Positions 1 through 8,796 of a stretch of 64,000 nucleotides of DNA are shown in pieces. Under the pieces are notes generated by a model. It had not been told where the DNA came from, searched no databases, and saw only the letters and a program-made list of their open reading frames with translations. Both the position numbers and the translations under genes were made by a program. This DNA is from Alphaproteobacteria bacterium (GTDB lineage: Bacteria; Pseudomonadota; Alphaproteobacteria; RF32; CAG-239), in the NCBI GenBank assembly GCA_015062435.1, contig SUUR01000001.1, forward strand, positions 27,503-91,502. Reading direction: 5' to 3'. Each line of letters begins with the position of its first letter. The stretch's first letter is position 1.

Positions 1-109
1 ATATCCCATTTGCAAATTCTCTTAGTCTTTTTTAACCTTTAGCATTTATAGTGCTTTTGCCTTGACATTTTATAGGCAAAAATGTATTTTGTAAATGGTT
101 TGAAAAGAT

Positions 110-1507
110 ATGTATGAACAACTATTAAATCAAATTTCTTCTTTTAATTTTTCCGATACAATATCTCAATATATTGATATGTTGGCAGGTATTGTTAATG
201 ACTACCTGTCAAGCACAGATAACCTAAGGTTAGTTTCCGTATTTTTGATGATTACGGCGCTTATTATGTTTTTGCTGTTAATCATTTTTATTTATATAAA
301 ATCTGTTATCACATCTTTCAGAAAAAACAAAACAGCTAATAACTATGAAACCGATGACATTTTTGATGAGGAAGATGCTTTAGAACTTAGTAAAATCATT
401 GAAAATCAAGAAAAAGAATTGGAGTTGGAAAAAGAATTGCAGAAAGAGCTAGAATTGGCTCTAGCAGATAGAGATAAAAAAGATAAGCAAAATAAAAAGA
501 ACGAAAAAGAAAAAGAGGAAGAAAAAGAGGAAGAAAATAAGCTGAAACAAATTGAAATCAAAAAAAATGAAGAAAGTAAGAAAAATAAAAAGAAACGTGC
601 TACCGTTGATTTGGATTGGCAAAAAGGAAAAGTCATTACAAAAGAAAATACGGATAGTACTCAAATAAACTCAGAGCTCCTTTCATATCATCAGCAAAAT
701 GTACAACTTAGTGATCTGACTGGATTAGTTGTTGATATGATAGCACGAGGTGTTGATGATCTTAAAATTGCTCAAACAATTATGTATAGAAATAATTATA
801 TAAGTTCAGAAGAAGATGTTTTACACATGGTGGAAGCAATTAAAGAATTTATAGACATGTGCAGAAATAACAAATTTGAGTCTATTATAAAAGAACATAA
901 CCTTCCATCAGAAGAAATTGTTCTATACCATTTAGCAGAAGGAGATTCTTCTTTAGCTTTATTCTTACTTGAAAAAAATATGGATTATACTATTGACGAA
1001 GCAGAAGCTCAAAAAAATGAAACAAAGAAAGTTTTGATATTTGAAAATATCGCAAAATCAGCTATTCTTTTTGGGAATCTGGCAGCAATTAACGATATTC
1101 ATCTGGCAACAGGATCATTTGAACTTGCAGTAGAAACAGAGCCTCATAATGTGGTAGCATGGAGCCGGTTGGCAGATATGTATTCTAAAGCGCAATCTGA
1201 AAACAATGCTATCGGAGCTTATCAAAATGTATTAAATCTGGCTGATGAGAATATTAATCCCAGAGAAGTTGCAAATGCCAACAAAAATCTGTCACAACAT
1301 TTTTATGCTCAAGGCAACAGCTTGCAAGCAGCAAAACTGTATAACAGCAGTAAGCAATTTTATGACTCACTCGGCATAAACAGAAGGCTTGATAAACAAG
1401 AATGTGATATTGTCGATATTATAGAACAAAATCATAAAAATGAAATTGTATTTACGGTTCAAAAACTTTTGTCAAGCGGACAAGGAAAGGGGTTTAGTTT
1501 TGATTAG
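110..1507 (+). CDS. hypothetical membrane-anchored protein with Lys/Glu-rich coiled-coil tract and TPR/Sel1-like C-terminal region
   Basis: Long ORF with N-terminal hydrophobic helix (LVSVFLMITALIMFLLLIIFIYI), low-complexity KEKEEEKEEENK tract, and C-terminal helical repeats resembling TPR; no family recognised by eye. Confidence 0.45.
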   Translation: MYEQLLNQISSFNFSDTISQYIDMLAGIVNDYLSSTDNLRLVSVFLMITALIMFLLLIIFIYIKSVITSFRKNKTANNYETDDIFDEEDALELSKIIENQEKELELEKELQKELELALADRDKKDKQNKKNEKEKEEEKEEENKLKQIEIKKNEESKKNKKKRATVDLDWQKGKVITKENTDSTQINSELLSYHQQNVQLSDLTGLVVDMIARGVDDLKIAQTIMYRNNYISSEEDVLHMVEAIKEFIDMCRNNKFESIIKEHNLPSEEIVLYHLAEGDSSLALFLLEKNMDYTIDEAEAQKNETKKVLIFENIAKSAILFGNLAAINDIHLATGSFELAVETEPHNVVAWSRLADMYSKAQSENNAIGAYQNVLNLADENINPREVANANKNLSQHFYAQGNSLQAAKLYNSSKQFYDSLGINRRLDKQECDIVDIIEQNHKNEIVFTVQKLLSSGQGKGFSFD

Positions 1508-1508
1508 C

Positions 1509-2171
1509 TTATGCCTTGGGGGCGCTGACATCAGGAGCTCTTAAATAAAGCGGTTTGGGATAGTCTAAAAGTTTATTTTGATACTGTTTCATTCCCGCTT
1601 TAATAATATTATTAATATCGGCATAAGCATCCATTTTTATACAATGTATTGATAACCCGCTGGGGCGAGATAAAAATCGTTCAACACCATCTCCGATTAA
1701 AGACACTTTTTTATTACGTAATAATGCAATAATACTATCGTATGTCAAAGCTTGCGGAGGAGTTGTTTTTTGTAAGTCGGCATCGTATAATTGGACATAA
1801 AAATCTTCTCGTTTGGTTTCTACAATAACCGCATTGCATTCTGAAACTTCATCAGGGGACAGCTCTTGAATATAAGCATCAAAAACTGAAACTCCGCCTA
1901 AAGTCAGTTCAGGACTTGCCAAATTAAGTGTTCTGGCCGCAGATATTGAGGATCTTACACCGGTAAAAGATCCCGGACCAACACAAACAAATAAAACTTC
2001 AATATCCGAGAAATTTATAGTTGCTTTTTTTAATAACTCTTGAATTGCCGGCAACAAAACCTCTGATTGCCCATAATCCATAACCTGGAGGTAATCAGCT
2101 ATTAAAACATCATCTTTATATAAAGCAACAGAACACGCTGATGCCGTTGTATCAAATGCTAAAATATACAT
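1509..2171 (-). CDS. tsaB: tRNA threonylcarbamoyladenosine biosynthesis protein TsaB (YeaZ family)
   Basis: 220 aa; N-terminus MYILAFDTTASACSVAL typical of inactive Kae1 paralog YeaZ/TsaB; tsaE also present in the window. Confidence 0.75.
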   Translation of the reverse strand: MYILAFDTTASACSVALYKDDVLIADYLQVMDYGQSEVLLPAIQELLKKATINFSDIEVLFVCVGPGSFTGVRSSISAARTLNLASPELTLGGVSVFDAYIQELSPDEVSECNAVIVETKREDFYVQLYDADLQKTTPPQALTYDSIIALLRNKKVSLIGDGVERFLSRPSGLSIHCIKMDAYADINNIIKAGMKQYQNKLLDYPKPLYLRAPDVSAPKA

Positions 2172-2260
2172 TTTTCACCAACCTGAAAAATTTAAGTTTA
2201 ATTAAGCCAATTTATATAATAAAATCTTTTAATAAACAATATTTTTTATTTAAGGTACAA

Positions 2261-3952
2261 ATGATTGATTGGCTTTTTATTACTGATATGTATTATGCCG
2301 CTCCGGAATTGTGGTATGCGCTCGGGAGTGTGTTTTTGTTTATGTTTGCGGTGGTTGTTTGGCAGTCAATCAACATTTTAAAACTAAAACAAAAAAATTA
2401 CTTTTTAAATCGGGACCGAGAAAGGTATGCTGAAACTTTATATGCATCAAAAGACGGTTATTTTGCATTTATTTATCCGGATTTAAGAATAAACGATCCC
2501 AGACAAGCTGTTATGGAACATTGTTCCAGACGCTTGGCGATAATCATGAATTTACCCGACGGAACAAAAACAACTTTTGATAATATCCTTAAGAACTTTT
2601 ATAAAGATGATGCCAAAAAAATTCAAAAATATGTATCTTTATTACGTGAAGAAGGTGTTTCTTTTGATGATGATTTTGTTTTGAAAACTGCAAATAAGTA
2701 TTTGCATTTATCCGGAACAAGAATCAACGGAACAGATGGAAATATTTATTGCGATATGATATGGTTTAGAGATGTCAGTTTTGAAACAGCTAAAATCTTA
2801 AATTTGGAAACCGCAAAAAAGGATACATCAGCAACATTAACCTTGTTGCAAGATATGTTAGATAATGTTCCTTTCCCGCTATGGCTGAGAAATGATCAGT
2901 TAGATATAATTCAATGCAATAAAAAATATTTGGAATTTTGCGGCAATGTTTCTAAATCTGCCATAACAGAAAAAAATATTGAAATATCTACCCTGCAAGG
3001 AGACAGTGCATCAAAAGATTTGGCCAGAATCGCCATCAATACAAATAAAATAAAAAAAGCTAATGTCAGTATTGTTAAAAATGGTGAAAGAATCGCTATG
3101 GAGGCTTTTGAGAATCCTTTTCATGGTGAAAATTGTCTTGATAAAATATATACTGCCGGTGCTTTAGTAAATATAAACGAATTAGATGAACTTAAAAGAA
3201 ACTTAAAGGCTCATCAGACCGCTCAACTGGAAATATTAGAAACTTTAGGAACTGCGTTTGCAGTTTTCGGACAAGATTTTAAACTGGTGTTTCACAATCA
3301 CGCTTTTGCGAATTTATGGAAACTTGATGATAATTGGTTTGAAAATAATCCTTCTTATACCTCCTTTTTGGATACGATAAGAGATAAAAGATTATTACCG
3401 GAAGTTCCGGATTATATTATGTTTAAAAATGAAGAACAGAAAAAGTTTACCCAAATTATTGAACCCCAAAAAGATATGCTACATCTGCCAAACGGAAGAA
3501 CATTAAGCAGAATGAGAGCCGCCTACCCTACCGGCGGGTTGATCTTTGCATTTGAGGATATTACCGACAGGTTGGCGACTACCAGCGCATATAACTCTTT
3601 ATTGGTAAGACAAAAAGAAATGTTGGAAAATTTATTTGATGCGGTCTTGATTTTTGGAACTAACGGCAGATTGTTGTTTTATAATCAGGCTTATGTAAAG
3701 CTCTGGAATCCTCAAAAATTATTTTTGGACAGTGAACCGAATCTGGATGATATTTTAAATTCTCAAAGAGATTTTTTTGATAAAGATGAAGATTGGGAGA
3801 CTTTAAAAGAAAAAATTGTCGCACATATTTTATCCATGACAACAAAATCTTTTGTCATCAGCAGAAATGAGAGCGAAACAATCATGATATCTTCTTGCAA
3901 CCTGTCTGACGGCTCCATGATGATTACATATAAAAAAGGAACGAATAATTGA
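2261..3952 (+). CDS. multi-PAS-domain sensor protein without recognisable kinase/output domain
   Basis: ORF track starts at 2141 but would overlap tsaB and run through an AT-rich promoter-like stretch; ATG at 2261 preceded by AAGGT. One N-terminal TM helix; three PAS-like segments (e.g. FAVFGQDFKLVFHNHAFANLW, IFGTNGRLLFYNQAYVKLWN); no H-box or ATPase motifs seen. Confidence 0.5.
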   Translation: MIDWLFITDMYYAAPELWYALGSVFLFMFAVVVWQSINILKLKQKNYFLNRDRERYAETLYASKDGYFAFIYPDLRINDPRQAVMEHCSRRLAIIMNLPDGTKTTFDNILKNFYKDDAKKIQKYVSLLREEGVSFDDDFVLKTANKYLHLSGTRINGTDGNIYCDMIWFRDVSFETAKILNLETAKKDTSATLTLLQDMLDNVPFPLWLRNDQLDIIQCNKKYLEFCGNVSKSAITEKNIEISTLQGDSASKDLARIAINTNKIKKANVSIVKNGERIAMEAFENPFHGENCLDKIYTAGALVNINELDELKRNLKAHQTAQLEILETLGTAFAVFGQDFKLVFHNHAFANLWKLDDNWFENNPSYTSFLDTIRDKRLLPEVPDYIMFKNEEQKKFTQIIEPQKDMLHLPNGRTLSRMRAAYPTGGLIFAFEDITDRLATTSAYNSLLVRQKEMLENLFDAVLIFGTNGRLLFYNQAYVKLWNPQKLFLDSEPNLDDILNSQRDFFDKDEDWETLKEKIVAHILSMTTKSFVISRNESETIMISSCNLSDGSMMITYKKGTNN

Positions 3953-4012
3953 CAATATCCCCTAATTATGTAACAATAATAATGGCAGAAGCCTTTAGGA
4001 GTTTTAATATAT

Positions 4013-4858
4013 ATGAGCAAACAATCTTCTAACCCAAATATAGAGTGGAAAAAAGATAAAAAAGGGGTTGGTGAAACAGAAAAATTAACCCGTAAAACGA
4101 ATATAAAAAAAGCTTTGGAATACGAAGCAACAGAGAAAAAACCGGTTAACACAAAAGACATCTTAAAAATAACGGAGTTACCAAAAGGTATAAAAAAACT
4201 TCGTAAAAGAATTAAAGAGGCTTATGAGGAAGATGATGAAGAGGAATATACCGATGTTATACCTCTGAATATGGAAAGCTCTTTATACAACGCCTTATAT
4301 GAAAACGAAAAAAAACATATTCAACAGCAAAATACGATAAAAAATCAAATCATGCAACAAACTGTCGGTAAAATGGAAGCGGTATTACAAGCAGATAAAA
4401 TGATTAAAGAAACCGGATTAAAAGGAATAAATCGTAAAAACGCTAATTTAACGACTCAAGATGTTTCTATACAAGATCAACCTTTAGAAAAAATTATCAG
4501 CAAAGAAGCTGCCGAAAAAACAAAATCTTACAATAAGATTTTATCTACCAAAGAGACCATAAATGTTTTAAGAGGCATTGAAAGAATAAGAAAAATGGCA
4601 TTAGCTGCCGACGAATCTCAAACAAAGATACTTGAAAAAATGAAATTGGAAGAAGTTATTAATGCCGGTGAAAAAAATACTGATGATAAAGAAGTTGCCG
4701 AATTGATACTAAAAAAATCCGGACGAAAAAACAAAAAAGATGTAAAAAAGATTGTTAACAAAAGTAAACAATATAGCAAACCAAAGGTTAAAGATACAAG
4801 AAAAACAAAGGATACTGTTTTAAATGATCTGACAACCAGAGATATTCATCGCAACTAA
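4013..4858 (+). CDS. hypothetical Lys/Glu-rich protein
   Basis: 281-aa ORF with AGGAG RBS 8 nt upstream; highly charged, no TM helix, no recognisable motif. Confidence 0.4.
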   Translation: MSKQSSNPNIEWKKDKKGVGETEKLTRKTNIKKALEYEATEKKPVNTKDILKITELPKGIKKLRKRIKEAYEEDDEEEYTDVIPLNMESSLYNALYENEKKHIQQQNTIKNQIMQQTVGKMEAVLQADKMIKETGLKGINRKNANLTTQDVSIQDQPLEKIISKEAAEKTKSYNKILSTKETINVLRGIERIRKMALAADESQTKILEKMKLEEVINAGEKNTDDKEVAELILKKSGRKNKKDVKKIVNKSKQYSKPKVKDTRKTKDTVLNDLTTRDIHRN

Positions 4859-5430
4859 GTCATTTTTATTTTTGCTAATAAGCTTTTGTATGATGTGCTT
4901 AATATCTTAAAATTTTCTTCTGCCTCTTTATTATCCGGATTTAAATCAGGATGATATTTTTTAACCATCTTTTTATATTGTTTCTTTAGAGTAGTTTCTG
5001 TCAGATTATCAATACTTAACTCCATTATTTGTAAACATTTGTGTTCTTCTTTAGTAAATCTAGATTCTTGAATTATTGAATAATCTGTTGTGTATTCATC
5101 AAAAAACTCAAAATTGCCTTGTGCGTCGAATCCGAAATTATATTTTATGTGGCTTCCGAATCTAAATTTTCTGCGCTTATCCTCTTTTTCCTGATAATCA
5201 TCATCTAAGCCATCAAAATAGTTCCACTTGGAATTATATTCCTGAACATGTTTTAGACAAAACCAATAATACTCCTTAAGAGTTCTATCTTTAGGAGCCC
5301 TATATTCTCCGGCATTGCTACACTCAGGATGATCACATATATGAATATGCGAATCGTTTTGAGGAGCAAAGTATTTGCTTCGACGACGTGTTTTGGGTAT
5401 CATGGTTTTATTTAATGTTAAAACATCCAT
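4855..5430 (-). CDS. J-domain (DnaJ-like) protein with N-terminal Cys/His zinc-finger-like region
   Basis: C-terminal J-domain with HPD motif (KKYHPDLNPD); N-terminal CDHPEC...C..H cluster; 191 aa. Confidence 0.65.
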   Translation of the reverse strand: MDVLTLNKTMIPKTRRRSKYFAPQNDSHIHICDHPECSNAGEYRAPKDRTLKEYYWFCLKHVQEYNSKWNYFDGLDDDYQEKEDKRRKFRFGSHIKYNFGFDAQGNFEFFDEYTTDYSIIQESRFTKEEHKCLQIMELSIDNLTETTLKKQYKKMVKKYHPDLNPDNKEAEENFKILSTSYKSLLAKIKMT

Positions 5431-5552
5431 TCATTATAATGTTTTTATTAAACAAGAGCAACGGTATTTTTTAGACAACTGTTTTTTTATAAATTGTATT
5501 CTCCAAAAAAACATTTATAATAAATTTGTGTGTTGTATTTATTGAGGTTGAA

Positions 5553-6392
5553 ATGCCTGAGCTTCCTGAAGTCGAAACCATTAAAAGAGCGCTGGAAAAA
5601 TCTATAGGACAATGTAAGATTACAGACGTTGTCATAAAAAACCATAAACTCAGACAAGTAATTCCACCTGACACAGAATCTAAAATCAAAGGAGCAAATA
5701 TTGTCAAATATCAGCGTTGGGCTAAATATATTATATTGACACTGGATAATAATATTTCTTTGATTTGGCACATGGGAATGAGTGGAAAAATATCAATTTC
5801 CGATAAAATGCCAAAAGAATCGAATAAGCATGATCATATAATAATAACTACAACTAACGGGGTAATGACATATAATGACCCTCGTCGTTTTGGGCTATTT
5901 ACGTATACAAATACATCTGATTTAAATATGCATGCTTTGTTTAAGGAAAATGGTCCGGAACCGCTTGAAGAAACATTTAATGAATTTTATATGTCTGAGA
6001 AATTAAAAACAATAAGCATTCCCATAAAAGCGGCTATATTGAATCAGCGAATTGTTGTGGGAATCGGTAATATATATGCTTCCGAAGCATTATTTATTGC
6101 CGGTATATCACCTTTAAGACCAGCAAACTCTTTAACTGCTAAAGATTGTAAAAATTTGGTATCTGCCATAAAAGAAGTTTTGTTGAAAGCGATTGCAGCT
6201 GGAGGTTCTACATTACGTGATTATGAAAAACCGGACGGAAGTTTAGGATATTTTCAGCATCAACATTGTGTTTATCAAAAAACAGGTCAAAGATGCCCCA
6301 ATTGTAATTGTGATATCTCAGTAACCGGAGGAATAAAAAAAATTAATATCGCAGGAAGATCAACATTTTATTGTCAACACAAGCAAAAATAA
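5553..6392 (+). CDS. mutM: formamidopyrimidine-DNA glycosylase (Fpg/MutM)
   Basis: Start reset to the ATG giving MPELPEVE (catalytic N-terminal Pro after Met removal); C-terminal zinc finger CPNCNC...C; 279 aa. Confidence 0.85.
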   Translation: MPELPEVETIKRALEKSIGQCKITDVVIKNHKLRQVIPPDTESKIKGANIVKYQRWAKYIILTLDNNISLIWHMGMSGKISISDKMPKESNKHDHIIITTTNGVMTYNDPRRFGLFTYTNTSDLNMHALFKENGPEPLEETFNEFYMSEKLKTISIPIKAAILNQRIVVGIGNIYASEALFIAGISPLRPANSLTAKDCKNLVSAIKEVLLKAIAAGGSTLRDYEKPDGSLGYFQHQHCVYQKTGQRCPNCNCDISVTGGIKKINIAGRSTFYCQHKQK

Positions 6393-6398
6393 GGATAT

Positions 6399-6758
6399 AT
6401 GATGAAAAAAGCTTTTATACTAATTACATTTTTATGTCTTTCCGTTGTAGCAAAAGCTGCTTTTATTGAAGGACTGGAAGATGTTCCAATCATGAGCGGA
6501 ATGAAACAGATTCAAAGTGATAATTTATCTTTCGGAAACGAAGAAAGTCGCTTGGTAGAAACCGTATTAACCGGAGAATCTATAAAATTTTCTGATATAG
6601 TTAAATTTTATAAAACTACCTTGCCACAGATGGGGTGGATATACCAAAAACAAAAAGAATCTTATCTGATGTTTGAAAGGGAAGGAGAAATTATAGAAAT
6701 TTCCAAAGAGCAAACCAAACCGCTAATGGTCAGAATCACCGTAAAAAGTAAATTATAA
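6399..6758 (+). CDS. hypothetical secreted/periplasmic protein
   Basis: 119 aa with signal-peptide-like N-terminus MMKKAFILITFLCLSVVAKA; RBS AAGGATA. Confidence 0.4.
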   Translation: MMKKAFILITFLCLSVVAKAAFIEGLEDVPIMSGMKQIQSDNLSFGNEESRLVETVLTGESIKFSDIVKFYKTTLPQMGWIYQKQKESYLMFEREGEIIEISKEQTKPLMVRITVKSKL

Positions 6759-6769
6759 AAGGATGAAAA

Positions 6770-7528
6770 ATGGAAGAGCAAACCAATAATATAATTGTCG
6801 AAACTCAAGACAATATCGGAATCATCACACTAAACCGTCCAGATACCCTAAATGCAATTAACCTTGAAATGCTAAACGATATTGCCTATCAAATTCAAAC
6901 TTGGGAATATGATGAGCAAATTTTTGCAATAATAATAAAAGGAAATGATAAAGCTTTTGCTGCGGGAATCGACATAGTTTCACTAAGCAACGAAATCGCT
7001 CAACAAGGTTTTGCTCTCAAAGCATGGCAAGATGAATTCCTCAAGATATCAAACTGCTCAAAACCTATTATTGCAGAAGTCGCCGGATACGCATTGGGAA
7101 TCGGGTGTGATTTAGCATTGGCTGCAGATATTATTTTAGCAGCTGATTCCGCACAATTCGGATACCCTGAAACAAGTATCGGAATGATACCGGCCTTTGG
7201 AGGATGCTCAAGACTTTCTCAAATAATCGGAAAAGCTAAAACTATGGATATGATTCTTACCGGAAAAGCATTGTCTGCTCAAGAAGCTGATAATGCCGGA
7301 TTGATAAGCAGAATCGTCCCTCTGGCAGATTTAGATACAGAAGCTTTGCGTGTGGCAAACAGAATCGCCTCTTTGCCGAATCAGGCTGTAATTTTAGCAA
7401 AAGAAACCATCAAGCAAGTAGCTAATATGTCTTTGCAAAACGGATTGGATTTGGAGGCAAAAAGTTGTCGACTAAGTATAAATACGGCTGATTTTAAAGA
7501 AAAATTGGCATCTTTGACACAAAAATGA
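6770..7528 (+). CDS. enoyl-CoA hydratase/isomerase (crotonase) family protein
   Basis: 252 aa; crotonase-fold motifs (AAGIDI, GYALGIGCDLALAADI). Confidence 0.75.
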   Translation: MEEQTNNIIVETQDNIGIITLNRPDTLNAINLEMLNDIAYQIQTWEYDEQIFAIIIKGNDKAFAAGIDIVSLSNEIAQQGFALKAWQDEFLKISNCSKPIIAEVAGYALGIGCDLALAADIILAADSAQFGYPETSIGMIPAFGGCSRLSQIIGKAKTMDMILTGKALSAQEADNAGLISRIVPLADLDTEALRVANRIASLPNQAVILAKETIKQVANMSLQNGLDLEAKSCRLSINTADFKEKLASLTQK

Positions 7529-7641
7529 TCCGATTTACATGGTTTTGGAAAAATTATTGTTGACTTGTAGAGCTCTTAGAGTTTATAAAGCATTACATTT
7601 AAAATTTGTTTTTAACTTTATTTTTGAAATGGAAAAGAAAA

Positions 7642-7902
7642 ATGGCCAACCATAAATCGGCAAAAAGCAGAATCGTTCGTAACAATAAAAGAAGCATCAT
7701 TAACGGTGCTCGTAGAAGCAGAGTTCGTACTTTTGTGAAAAAAGTTGAGGCTGCTATTTTGAGCGGTAATAAGGAACAAGCTGCAGAAGCTTTTAAAGTT
7801 GCAGAATCTGAATTGATGCGTGCTGTTCGTAAAGGCGTATACAAAATGAATACAGCTGCTCGCACAACATCTCGCTTATCTAAAAAGATTAAAGCTCTGT
7901 AA
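7642..7902 (+). CDS. rpsT: 30S ribosomal protein S20
   Basis: [17 protein letters not shown]... canonical S20 N-terminus; the upstream in-frame extension in the ORF track lacks an RBS. Confidence 0.85.
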   Translation: MANHKSAKSRIVRNNKRSIINGARRSRVRTFVKKVEAAILSGNKEQAAEAFKVAESELMRAVRKGVYKMNTAARTTSRLSKKIKAL

Positions 7903-7926
7903 TTTTATTTTTTTAAGAAACCACTT

Positions 7927-7975
7927 AAAACCCAATCAGGCCAATATTTTGGCTTGTTTGGGTTTGTTTTTATTT
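7927..7975 (+). terminator. rho-independent terminator downstream of rpsT
   Basis: Hairpin AAAACCCAATCAGGCCAATATTTTGGCTTGTTTGGGTTT followed by GTTTTTATTT. Confidence 0.6.
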
Positions 7976-8391
7976 ATGCTAAAAATATCGAATCTAAGCG
8001 ACTCTGCAAGGAATCTATGTCAAGGAATTTAATTGCAATGTTCGGATAATGTTCTGTTGTTTTTATGTTGTAAAATAAAAATAATGTGATTAACATTCAA
8101 ATCACTTTTTAAGAGTTTGTATAGTTTTTTTCGTTTAGAAAAAACTCTACAAATAAAGAAAAGAGAATCTGTCGGTTCAGATAGATTGCAAAACAAAAAA
8201 ATTATTCCGCCTCATCTGAGTAATGGGGATTGTTCATAAAAATGGGGCGGAATTCCCTAAAGTGGCAGAATCCACTCTGAAAGAAAGTTGATTACAATTT
8301 TGCTTCAGAGCCAAGAATGGTTAACAGCTAAAAACAAATATTTTAACGAATGTTTTAGCTGATGGTTGTGTTTATCTTATTTTCTGCAAAT

Positions 8392-8765
8392 AGGATAACA
8401 AATCTAAAATGTACGATTACATTATTTGTGTAAGCACGTTTATGTATGAGTGTTTTGAAAGAGATTTGTTTATCTATTACAGGATAAAGGAAACAAATCA
8501 AAAAAGTACAATTACGTTATTTGTGTAAACAGGTTTATGTATGAGTAGTTTGAAAGAGATTTGTTTTCTTATTAAAGGGATAGAGACAACAAACAAAAAT
8601 ATGATTACGCTATTGCGCAAGCATGTTTCTGTATAAGTATTTTGCGAATGATTGTCTTTATTCATGCTCACGATAAAGCAACATATCAAAAGAGTACAAA
8701 TACGTGGCATCAGATGATTTTCGTAAAAGTATTTTAAGTTTTGCAAACAAAGGAATCGATTGGGG
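8392..8765. repeat. four tandem ~90-95-bp degenerate direct repeats immediately upstream of dnaA
   Basis: Units start at 8392, 8481, 8576 and 8671. Copies 1 and 2 are about 90% identical (shared core ...attacgttatttgtgtaaacaggtttatgtatgagtagtttgaaagagatttgtt); copies 3 and 4 are progressively diverged. Each unit begins AGGATAA/AGGGATA/CGATAAAG. Confidence 0.7.
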
Positions 8766-8796
8766 ATTTAATTTTTGATTTAATTGGGGAGTTATA

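Noticed and set aside
1-109. Promoter TTGACA (62-67) upstream of the first gene
   Set aside because: A -35-like hexamer is present, but the best -10 candidate (TATTTT) is weak and the spacing is ambiguous. The evidence is too thin to report as a feature.
406-664. Two minus-strand ORFs (76 and 67 aa) inside the first gene
   Set aside because: They are antisense to the GAA/AAG-rich low-complexity tract of the plus-strand gene, so they arise from repeat-generated reading frames. They have no RBS.
2141-2260. Upstream extension of the PAS-protein ORF, giving a 603-aa product starting at 2141
   Set aside because: It would overlap tsaB by 31 bp and read through an AT-rich promoter-like spacer. The ATG at 2261 has an AAGGT RBS, so the shorter start is preferred.
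7599-7865. 88-aa minus-strand ORF
   Set aside because: It is fully antisense to rpsT, whose product is unmistakable.
8498-8746. 82-aa minus-strand ORF in the dnaA upstream region
   Set aside because: It spans three tandem repeat units, has no RBS and has low-complexity composition, so it is an artefact of the repeat. I also considered and rejected CRISPR here: the units are contiguous about 95-bp degenerate copies with no unique spacers and no cas genes.
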